DNA of 64,000 nucleotides from Nemertoderma westbladi (lineage: Eukaryota > Animalia > Xenacoelomorpha): contig JAUCBJ010002723.1 in the NCBI GenBank assembly GCA_032718475.1, positions 58,974 through 122,973 of the forward strand, in the 5' to 3' direction. The first letter of the stretch is position 1. Each line of letters starts with the position of its first letter. This document shows, one piece after another, positions 24,901 through 35,866 of the stretch. The position numbers were made by a program, and so were the translations under genes. The notes under the pieces are model-generated. The model saw only the letters and a program-made list of their open reading frames with translations, was not told the DNA's origin and did no database searches.

Positions 24901-27684
24901 TTGTGCAGACAAGTAGACTCAGATGAGTTTGATGTTTCGCTCATTACTTCTAAGGCTAAAACCATGCCTACTAAGTATATGACGACACCACGCGCTGAAC
25001 TACAAGCGGCAACCCTGTAAACTACCATTGTGAACCTTATACAGATGGAATTACAATCAAGTTTACAGATATTTTATTGGACTGACGCGACGTTAGTTTT
25101 ATTTTATATAAACAACGACACACTTGAATTCAAGACATTTGTAGCTAACCATCGTGCAGAAATTCTAGACCGTTCAATAAAGGAAGATTGGCGACATTGT
25201 CCCGGACCACAAAATCCAGCTGATATTGCGTCGCGAGGAATGATGCCCGAGGAATTCTGTAAACCGGAAAACAAGGAATTTTGGCAACACGGACCGCAAT
25301 TCTTACAAAGAGCAACACAACATTGGCCGCCACTATACGATAACAAGTCTAATACTATTCCTAAGGACGCCGAAATTAAAAAACCAAAGAAAGGTAAAGC
25401 AAAGAAAAGGACAACGGCGAAACTTAAGAAGAAACCAAAGGCGAAATGGAAAAATATAACTTACAAAGTCAAGACAGGAATTCTTGCGAGCCTTTCTCAA
25501 CCAGACGTATCGCCAGACGGTCAACCAGACATGTTACCAGACGCTCAACCAGACGTATCGCCAGACGGTCAACCAGACATGTTACCAGATGCTCAACCAG
25601 ACGTATCGCCAGACGGTCAACCAGACATGTTACCAGACGCTCAACCAGACGTATCGCCAGACGCTAAACCAGACACGTTACCAGACAGTCAACCAGACAT
25701 TTTGCCAGACATGTCACTAGACGTTTCGCCGGATGTTCCGCGAAACATTTTACCAGACATTTCACAAGATGTTCTACCAGACATTAGTAACGTAGTGACA
25801 CATAGTAAAGCCGCAGTTTCCCTATTGGAGCGGCCTTCTATTGACAAACTACCAAACTTGACACCCCTGAGTAACCATAAGTACAGTGAAACCTCATGTA
25901 TTACAGATGTGGGTAGTACCTACGCAAATGTAAATACAGGTGTTACTTTACGCTCAAGAGACATACCAACCTTACAACCTACGGTGAAACCTGGGATCGA
26001 CACACAAAGTACCGACAATCAAGGTAAGAAGACAAAGAAGGACAAATTACTCGTAGACCCGGACGGATCAACAGCCAACAAGGGAATACTTACCGGCGGA
26101 CCCGTGGGTCCATCTAGTAAATCAAAACCTTCCAAATTCATCATTGACTTACCTGATGACGTCATAAATACTTACGTCGACCGTATTGTAAATCTGACCG
26201 ATTCTTGGACAAATGCGTGCCGAAAATTAGCGTGGATTGTACGTTTTGTACAATACGTTAAAGGCAAACGCGACTTTACACGTGGACTTACATTGACTGA
26301 GATTGACAGATGTGAAATTAAATTAATTCGCCATTACCAATTGCGATATTTCGCACGCGAATTCACATCCATAAGTCAAGGTCAACCAATCAAGTCGTCA
26401 CCAATATTGAGTTGGAGTCCGATAATTTATAATGGCTTAATTTGTCATAAATCTCTGCTTCAAAACATCGACTTTAATACTGATTTTAGGTACCCAATAA
26501 TAATACCGCAACATCACGAATTACAACGTGCAATGATACTGGACGCACATTTACATCTGAAACACGCTGGAAGACACCACTGTCTTTCCTACTTACGTAC
26601 TAGATTTGTATTAATTAGACCCAGTAAAGCGCTAAGTTCAGTGACACGTATGTGTATTATTTGTAAGAAGGTACATTCTAGAATAAGTACCCAAGAAATG
26701 AGTGAACTTCCACAAGCACGACTACAGGCATTCAGACCACCTTTCACAGAGACTGGAATTGACTGCTTTGGTCCCATACATACGAAACGTGGACGTATAC
26801 TGTTAAAATGCTGGGGACTGATTTTCACATGCATGTCCAGTAGGGCAGTTCATATTGAACGTGTGATGGATCTTTCCACCAACGCCTTTATACTAGCATT
26901 GCGGCGATTTATCGCTAGACGCGGATTAGTAAAATGCTTGTACTCAGACCAAGGTACAAACTTTGTTGGTGCTCGAAATGAAATTGCTAGAGCCTTTAAG
27001 AAATTAGATCATGATCAAATCTCAAACGAACTACGTCCTTACAAAATTGTTTGGAAGTTTAATCCTCCAGATAGTCCATGGAGAGGCGGAGTCTGGGAGA
27101 GATTGATTAGATCTATAAAAACAGCCATGGCAAAAGTAATTCCAGTAAACCACATCTTGACAGACGACCAACTGACAACATTGTTTGTTGAAATCGAGGC
27201 AATACTAAATACTAGACCAATACTATTAGTACCCGATGACAAACAATCCCAGTTTGCTTTAACACCTGCACACCTGCTAATGCAGGCACCGACTTCATTG
27301 TTGCCTATTTCTATTCCAATAGAAGGCGATAGCTACGGTAGAAAAGCGTGGAAAATCACGTAACTACTGGCTAACAAATTCTGGGAAATATGGCAAAATC
27401 ATTATTTGCCCTCTATTTCTGCCAGAACTACTTGGTACAATAATACTCACGCTTTAAAGCCGGGAGATCATGTACTGTTAGCAGAAGTGAATCTAAAAAG
27501 ACGCTTCTGGATAACAGGTGTTATTTTAGACACACATCCATCTATGGATGGAGTGACAAGAACTGTGACGGTACGGACAATTGACGGTCGTACAGTAGAC
27601 AGACCGACTCAACGTCTCGTACTTCTTGAAGAGACGCGAAACAAGTCTGGAGATTACAAGTCTCCAACAAATGTTAGTAAATAG
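18943..27684 (+). pseudogene. BEL/Pao gag-pol polyprotein, disrupted
   Basis: DUF1759-like PPKFSGNSKHW; three knuckles (CQYC..H, CWRCTQHGHVRKDC, CPSCGRNHDGLFH); protease IDSAS; RT YVDD; RNase H LHCFSDAS; integrase H..H..C..C, GIDCFGP, SDQGTNF, GGVWERLIRSIK; DUF5641-like tail. Stops at 20051, 22804, 23110, 25018, 27361; frameshifts ~19610 and in the G-run ~21760. Confidence 0.96.
25498..25785 (+). repeat. Coding minisatellite (QPDVSPDG/QPDMLPDA; 12-nt subunit, 48-nt period) in the RNase H-integrase linker
   Basis: CAACCAGACGTATCGCCAGACGG.. repeated in frame. Confidence 0.9.
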
Positions 27685-28334
27685 TAAGGAGTTTACAAAT
27701 AGATTTCCACGTACCTGTACACTGTAGTAAAGACAGCGGTAGAATTCCATTGTCTTTATATGTGAACATTGAGGGTAGTACCTTTATGTGTCACATAGGA
27801 GCGGGATTTGTAGGTATAAGAAATGGAATTCTACTTGGAACTCACAATATTGAGACATTTTCGAAATTTTAGACAATCCATTTGGATTTGAAAAATTTTA
27901 AAATTTTCTCCAGTGAATAGATTTCAGGGTACAGTCGGGTGGAACTTAAAATTAGAGAAACAAGAGAACGGAAGACTCGCGAGCCTTTCTAAATTTTAAT
28001 AAAATTTACACGGTCTTGTTTCAATAAGTTACGTCAAATAATAGACTTCCCTATATTTATTACTAACTCTTGATTGCTTATTTTCTGATAATAGTTTGGG
28101 ATCAAAAAGTGAGTATTTTAAGACTCACAGCCCAAATTCGTTTTTTATTTCGGCAAAATTTTAGATAAGAAACAGTGTGTCATTAAAGAAACCCTAGATC
28201 TTAGGCTATGGGTAGGAGGTTAGAGCGTTGTCGAGCCAAAGGGTAGACGAAAACTCTCACATCTCCTCACAACTAACAATAAACTCTGTTGTATTCCCTC
28301 TAGTAGCAATGATTATGTAACCATACTTCAAAAA

Positions 28335-31300
28335 ATGGCGAAGGGGATACATGGAGAGCCGAGATGGGGATATGATATCCAAGAGGAAGCAGCAGCGCCA
28401 TTTGAACGATTTGGAGCTAAAGACTACACCATATTCGGAATAAAGGATTTATCAGAGAGTACAGCGAAACTCGCAAAGACTAAATATGACTCAAACGTAT
28501 TAAAGAGAAGGCAAAACGCGTTAAATGAAAGAATCGAAAGTTTACGCAAAACCTTCAATGAACTTTACCCGTACGACGCTTTATGTGATACGGGAGATAT
28601 TAGCGAAGACCCCAATACCGAAATAAGTCGTTTGTATCATACCATGCAATACCTGAAGGCGCATGAACCTATGCCTGCGGTACGCGATGAATTCAATGGA
28701 ATGCATCTTTACAGACGAACTCGAGGGGACGATAGAGAAACGAAGGAAGCATTTTCAGTTTATAAACTTTATTATCAATGTGGTGCTTGTATGCGCGAAC
28801 AACGAAATGCGATTCCGATGCGTTTGAATAAGGAAAATCCCGAACCGATATTGGCGAGGTGTTCGAACCATCAACAACTACGCTACCAGGAAGTAGGGTA
28901 TCCTTTATCGAATCCATATCATTCATTCGCTATGTGTGGACCAAAGGCAGGAGAAATTGTCGTTTACCCACCTAAGGTTGTTGAACCCGATGCATTTGAA
29001 CTTACGCTGGGCAAGGCGACTCAGTCAACCCGCGAAAAGAAAGAAGCTCTTAGCCTATACAGAGCCTACAAGGCTTTCGAGAAAGGTGAGATGGAAGAAT
29101 GGGGTGGAAGACTCGCGAGCCTACCTTACCATTGGACGTCACACGATCAAACCTCAGCTAAGGAGATGACACCGGAAGTTTTCGAAAGTATAAACTATGC
29201 TCAAAACGTTATTCAGAGACTACAGATTGCATCCCCGGAAAGGACAAGAGAAATGCAACCGTATAGTACTTCGACTACGAAACCATTGAGTACGACACTC
29301 AATTTCCCTATTAGTGTACCAGTTCGACAAGATACGACGTATGAAATACCTATGGTGGATCATCCGGAAATCATTTCGAACTTAGAGTTTCTTCCTGCAG
29401 TCGTTCTAAGCGATATGGTTAAGATATATGATTTACGTAGACATATTACGCAAAAGGTCGTGCATAATGTTCCGCCTCATATTCAAGACTTTAGGGAACT
29501 GGATAGAGCTGGCGCTGATATAGCTCCGAGTAACCTAAAAGGATATTTAACCAGAACAATTCGCTTATGGATTGGAACAGGAACCTTTGAGTCGGATACA
29601 GATATCGCTGCGGACTGGCAAGGTAAAGTCATTCGTTTCGAGGACGAGAAAGACATCGAGAAGATTTGGCAACCTTTGGAAGAATTACTGGACGAATGGA
29701 ATAGGACGTTTAGATCGTTTCAGGAAAATGGTTACATGTCTTATGACAACGAGGGCGGCAGCCATCAGCAGAGTCTGACCTCCAAGACTATACAAATTAG
29801 AGCGGCAGACGGAGTTTTGCACGTTTTCAGTAGACAAAGGAGCGACAAGCGAATTCCGATACCTCCAGGAACTACCAAGCGGCACCATCTCATCACTAAT
29901 ATAGTAAAGAAGATGGACCAGGCTTGCAATATTGATGCTAGAATGTTACCAAAGATGGTAAGAAATATGATTTTAGATAAAACCGTTGTAAAGATTGGAT
30001 CAGGAGTGAGAGAGGACTTAATTAGCGACTTCGCCGGCATGTCGGACAGTGACGACCGATTACCGACACCTTACGTCGACACTCGACCTCTTATACTGTG
30101 GTCTATAGAACAAGGATATTTCCGTGAGTACGATACTCAGAAGACTGGAACTGGATACATTTCCTACCTGATGTTTAATTGGGAAAGAACAAAGTATATT
30201 GAAACATATGGAGAAGGTGATACTCCGGATATAAATGAGTTTGAATCACAGCTTAAATGGAGAAATTGCTTAAATTGGGCTATTACTTCGCCTCCAAGAG
30301 CAGTATTACAATATTATTTAGCGATAGAGTCATCAGTGAATGTTTGCTTAGTCGCCGACATTGTGTCTCGGACTCTTAAAAGACATCCACTTTGTCTCGG
30401 AGAAGATCATACGTTCTACGTGGAAGGGAGAATTCATACCGATGTGTTTAGACGGTTTCTCGAACCCTTCTACAATTCCGACGCTCAGTGTAATGCCTTC
30501 ACTCGAGCAGGATTTAGTATATTTCGAGACGTGTATCTTCGCTGTGCGGGATCTCTTATCGAAAGACCATCTATGTTTACATTGTTACCCTATGAAGGAG
30601 AACGTATCGTGGAGCTTACGGACGAATCACGGCAGACGCGCGCGCCTATCGGTCACTTAGGTGATGATTTCGAAGTAACAACGATCATTGACGATCCTTT
30701 AGAGGAACTTCTTGAGATTGAAAGGAACCTCCCGAAGAAATCTCAGACGGAGATTCGACAACTAGAAGCAACAGATGCTGTAGTTTGCATACAACCTTCT
30801 GAAACATACCAACCTATCGATCCAGACGATTATGACTATAGTGTGGGAGGAAGCGCTCGACCCATTGGAGATCTTATATATGAGCGAGTGTGGTACCCTG
30901 CTAATATGATGTGTGGTAAATGTGGCGTCGCTGGACATCATTCGACAAAGTGCAGTGGAAAGCACATTACTACGACTCAACTAATCTGTGGATGGTGTGG
31001 AGATCAAGGGTCCCATACATTTTATACTTGCTGGAGATTTATGGCTCAATGCACATACTGCAATATAAAGGGACATCGAGCATCTGAATGCCAATTGCGA
31101 GACATACCTTACGAACACGAATCTGTAAAACTCGTGAGAAAACTATTCGACGATTGGGAAGATTTAGCTGACGAACATGTATCGGCACAAAGAAGATGAT
31201 TCCCGATGAGAGCGCATCTTGGATTTTGGGCGGTAAATCCCCAAACTATGATGTCGGAAGGATATATCTCCGCTATGCCACAATATGACGAACTTATCGA

Positions 31301-32042
31301 GGTAGTTGATATTTTGCCTCAAGATAGTTGATTTCAAGTTGTGCGCGAATACTTGTTACAGATTCACCCCGACAATAAGAATACATGGAATTTCCAGAAA
31401 GTCGTTAATCGTATCACATATGGTGAATTTGATCGTTTCCGAACGGAAAAGCGGAACAAGGGAGCTTGGTTAACCGTCGCATGGGCGTACTGAGCCGCGT
31501 TCTACCATAAACGTATACGAGCGAGCGTATTCGAGGAAGAGGAGGTCCTAGAGGCGACCAACATACCAGCTACTCCGGTCGCGCCGTCTGCACGTCACCC
31601 TCGGGAGGACGGACAGCATAGGATCATAAGGGTTCAGAAAGTGGGCCAACAACTAAAGAAAACTATCAATGTTGAAGAACGAAGGGGATACGAACCGACT
31701 ATTCGAATTACTCGAGATACGGTGTCGCTTCCCAGAGAACCGCAAGGAGGATCGGGATATATACCAGCTGATCAAAAGGGGGCGCAAGTTTCTCTTGGGT
31801 CTGCGTCGTCCGCTTCCCACGCGTTCCCAGACGTTTTACCAGCGGTAGACACAACCGATCGGTCACGAGGAATCGGACGAGGATTTGGGATAACTAAGAG
31901 ACGAATATGTGAGGAAATGGTCGTACCATCTCCCAACATCCAAAGTAAACCGGTGACTCGCCCCATAAGTCCTATATCACGAGCTAAATTACCGATACGC
32001 AGTTTTCGAGGACGCGGCAGGGCTCGATCCGCTAAGCGATAA
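28335..32042 (+). pseudogene. Extra ORF (~1235 codons): DEDDy 3'-5' exonuclease (WRN/EXD/mut-7-like) plus 3 CCHC zinc knuckles; three in-frame TGA stops after codon 954
   Basis: ExoI MSYDNEG, IQI, ExoII LPKMVRNMILDKTVVKIGSGVRED, YVDT, ExoIII NW...LQYYLAIE; CGKCGVAGHHSTKC, CGWCGDQGSHTFYTC, CTYCNIKGHRASEC. ORF 31641-32042 is in the same frame. Confidence 0.8.
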
Positions 32043-32140
32043 ATAAAGTGTTATATTTAAAAGGACTAATTATTCCGAACTCGCAAGAACTCATATAAAG
32101 CAGGAAGGAAAGAGTGGACAGAAGACTCGTGAGCCTTTCT

Positions 32141-32266
32141 TATGTATTGTTTATCTTATGTATTGTTTATCTTATGTATTGTTTATCTTATGTATTGTTT
32201 ATCTTATGTATTGTTTATCTTATGTATTGTTTATCTTATGTATTGTTTATCTTATGTATTGTTTAT
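32141..32266. repeat. 17-bp tandem repeat (TTATGTATTGTTTATCT)n in the element 3'UTR
   Basis: About 7 copies. Confidence 0.95.
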
Positions 32267-32410
32267 GTAATTTGTATTGTTTATGCAATTTATTATTGCC
32301 CCAAGTTTATGTATTTGTATTGTTCCGATTTTATGAAATTCAGAAAGTTTTATATTTAGAAGGAATTTATATTTGAAAGATTTATATTTTATATTTGAGA
32401 TGCCTAAAGA

Positions 32411-32563
32411 GTTTATATTGTTCTAAACTTATGCAGTTTATATTGTTCTAAACTTATGCAGTTTATATTGTTCTAAACTTATGCAGTTTATATTGTTCTA
32501 AACTTATGCAGTTTATATTGTTCTAAACTTATGCAGTTTATATTGTTCTAAACTTATGCAGTT
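32411..32563. repeat. 25-bp tandem repeat (GTTTATATTGTTCTAAACTTATGCA)n
   Basis: Six copies, with degenerate copies downstream. Confidence 0.95.
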
Positions 32564-33073
32564 CATATTTATATTTAGTAAGATTTATATTTAGAAAGTG
32601 CTATATTTGTAGTCATTCCAAACTTACGCAATTTATTGTTTCGAATATTATGCAATTTATATTTTATAAAGAAGCAGTACTTGTATTCGCAGTAAATAGA
32701 AGGCAAGAGCAGACGGAAGACTTGTGAGCCTTTCTTGTGACTTATTTGAAATTATTCCGAACTTATGCAATTTGTTTTATATTTAAGTAGTATTAGTATT
32801 TGTGATTGTTTGAATTTATGCAATATTTGAGATGCAATAGATTTATTTTGGTGAATTTAATTTAGATTTATATTGTACTTACTTAATAAAGCCTTAAATA
32901 CGTAAAGTTTGAATCTGTAATTATTTGTATCGAATCATTATGTAAAGGTATTATTGTTGAGATTTAATTTGTAAATATGTATGTAAGTACGTCCCAAGTA
33001 TTCCATAATTTGATTTAGTATTGGTGAAAACCGTATATTTTATGCACGATAATATCCTGTTTTCATGGAGCGG

Positions 33074-34607
33074 TATAGAATTATATTCTCATAAATGCCG
33101 TGGATTTTCAAAATTTTATTTTGTTCGAATTAACTTTCTATAAAGATTACATTAAGTCCTCATTTGCATTTACTATATCTATTTGTATAACATTGTTCAA
33201 GTGGTTCAGTAGCTCAGTCGGTTAAGTGTTGGAAATTCGTGTAGTAGGTATCGAGTTCGAATCCTAGTAAGAATAGAATTATTTTTTGTGGAGTTTCAAC
33301 TCATTTAAATTAACCGCTATGAATTAAATTGCATTTGCTCAAGGTAGATTAACCAATAAGATTGCAGTTATTAGATAATAACCAATGTCGTGCAAGATAC
33401 GTGTTCGCTGGACCAATGATTATCTTTAAAAACCTAGTAGAACCCATAGAACAATCTAGATTTATCTCGATTGATTGCAGCACAAATTTGCTATAAAAGG
33501 TGCGATTTTGTTCATTAGTTATCTATCTTATCTTAGCATTATTCACTTCTATATCACATTATACATTAGTATTATATTAGTATTAGTATTAGATAGTGAC
33601 GTTATTTCACTCTTGTTACGTTTATTGTATATTAGTTTTGTAATAAAAGTTAGAAATACTTGTTACATTTGTTTTACTATGCTTCACCACGGTGAACCCA
33701 ACTGAGGGACAGATGGCTGGCTAGACAGCAGACCGCGGCAATAGACGGGAACATCGGAGGAATGTAGGAAGGAGACAACCCGCAATATCCATTCTTAGTT
33801 ATTCGCCCTACGGGGGGAGGAGGAGATCAGGCAGAACGATACTAGTACACAGATAGGACGCAGGCACACCAGTACAAGGCATACACATTGGTAGGGTGCA
33901 GCAAACTGTACGCCTAACTCTTGCTAAGTATAGGTGCGTCGGTGGCTGTTTGTAGTACAACGGTGTCCATTTGCGTTAGAACTTGTAGGCCAGGAAGGGT
34001 TACTGTGTTTTACCTGAATTAGGATTGTACCGTTCAGTTTATTACTAGGTGCAAAATAAATTGAGGCTATTAGGGATACTAACATCTACCGTGTCCCCGC
34101 CGACATTCTGTTAGGAAGTTGCCGTGCCCACCTAGGCAACCAAAATTCTAGATAGGACGCCAGGCTAGCTATTTGTAACTGTACGCCTACTGTAGTAAAC
34201 TAACACATTTCTTCTTAGTATTAGGGACCTGGTAAATTAAATTGCCGAATTCTGGGCGTAGTATTAACCTTATGCCTGAATTTGAGTCCTGGAAATACAC
34301 AAAAGGGGAAGGAGCCTTATCATTCGTGAGTATTGGACCTACAAGCTACAAAATTAGAATATTTGTAAAATGTACACCGGACCCAGTAATTATATATGTG
34401 AAGGATCTAAAACCGATTTTGACCGTTTTATCGAAGTTTGTCCGTTCGTAGACTGTTTTCTGCCTCACCGGTTATAAGAGACCGATACTGCAATATATAT
34501 TCGCTTACTTAGAGTTTACTGTTTTGGTGAGAAGGTCGGATTATGTTTTGATTCACAAACTTTACAGTAGGATATTGCAGGGTATTTTGTTACTGTCTCT
34601 TCAAATA
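33074..34607 (+). repeat. 3' LTR (1534 bp), preceded by PPT-like GGAGCGG
   Basis: Matches the 5' LTR except deletions (5'-LTR equivalents ~16948-17104, ~17335-17346, ~17737-17953) and a few transitions. Confidence 0.95.
33203..33287 (+). promoter_or_regulatory. tRNA-derived Pol III type-2 promoter unit inside U3
   Basis: A box TAGCTCAGTCGG (33210), B box GAGTTCGAATCC (33253), T6 terminator 33282-33287. Stems do not fold as a tRNA. The A box is replaced in the 5' LTR. Confidence 0.6.
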
Positions 34608-34720
34608 ACCATTCCTCGACTTGATTAAACTAATAAGACAAAAGTACAAATAGGTATAAATAATAGCTATAACTAATAAAATAAAATATTTGTTCTAGAA
34701 CAAAAAATATTTTTTAAATA
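34608..34720 (+). mobile_element. Merlin transposon right part (transposase C-terminus and TGTTCTAGAACA motif)
   Basis: FLDLIKLIRQKYK* continues the frame from 16231; palindromic motif at 34691. Confidence 0.85.
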
Positions 34721-35866
34721 AATCTACAGCCTTAAGCAGTAAAGGCCCGTTTCCGACATCCGCGCAGTTTTCTGGCTTTTTGAGCTTTATCTCAAGCTTT
34801 TTTTTAGTTAAAACAATTTCTAGAAATTAATTGCTTTAAGATGAATCTGAGAATTTTCTAATGCTAAAACCTAAAATATAGAATAAAGCTAAAAAAAAGG
34901 CTTGAATAAGCTCATTAAAAAGCTTGAAAAAAAAGCTCAAAAGAAGCTGGGTCGAATATCACCATAATTATCTAATACATAATTCTAATAAAATCTAATA
35001 CATAAAAATTATTTAATAGGTATATAATTATTATCTAATACATAATTCTAATAAAATCTAATACATAGTTAGTACATAATAAGTACCGGTACCGGCGGTA
35101 CCGGTACTAACCACTAACTGTACTCTGGTACTACAGTACTAGACAGCTAGAATATTACAACATTTCATATCTTCATTTTAACAGAACGTTAGACAGTTAG
35201 AAAAGGCATAGGCCTAACAAGCTTGAAAAAATGCTCAAAAAAGCTTAAAAAAAGCTCAAAAAGAAGCTAGAAATGTCATTATTACAGTCAGACAGTCTGA
35301 CAGTATTACATATTAGATTATTCAGTTATTATTTACCTGTCAGCTTGCAGATCCAAGATCTGAGTGTTTACAGGTTTACCGGTGACCGGCAGACTGGCAA
35401 CTGCTGAAGTGCTGAACTGGTATTACTGTATTAGCTTGCAAACTATGGCAGTACAGTATGGACTTCCAAGAATTGGTACCGGTAATCAAATCAAATCAAC
35501 CCGCCTAAATGTCAAACGTTTGAGCTGCTTGCTGGTTCAGTGGTTTCGGTTTGCGACTACCAGACTACCGGTCAGCGGCGGTCAGCTGGTACCGGTACCG
35601 TGTCACCGTCAATCGTAGGCTGGTAGGCGCGAAGCGAACTTGCAGACATCAGTAGGCCAGGTGCTGATACTTCAGTACTTTCTTGATTCTTGAATGTTGA
35701 AGTTTGGTAACTGCAGTGCTGCAGTACTGCCTAGTTCAGTAGTTGCCTACTACAGTACTACTACCGGTACTGGTACAGCATGCAGGCATGGTACTATCTG
35801 ATTGTCAGACTCGAAACTTAAACAACTTAACTGTAGGTTTCTCCTACACTTTACAGGTACACATCA

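Larger units (their letters stand above)
16232..34607 (+). mobile_element. Full-length BEL/Pao LTR retrotransposon (18.4 kb) with an extra ORF
   Basis: Two LTRs; 5-bp TSD ACCAT (16227-16231 and 34608-34612); removing the element restores the Merlin C-terminus KESP|FLDLIKLIRQKYK*; gag-pol has BEL/Pao domain order. Confidence 0.96.

Noticed and set aside
28335-31199. Envelope glycoprotein
   Set aside because: No signal peptide, TM helix or fusion-protein cysteine pattern; nuclease and knuckle motifs instead.
33203-33275. Functional tRNA gene in the LTR
   Set aside because: Acceptor, anticodon and T stems do not pair; only the promoter boxes remain.
34742-35270. AAGCT-rich inverted repeats as a defined MITE
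   Set aside because: Probably a repeat remnant, but matching TIRs and a TSD could not be delimited.
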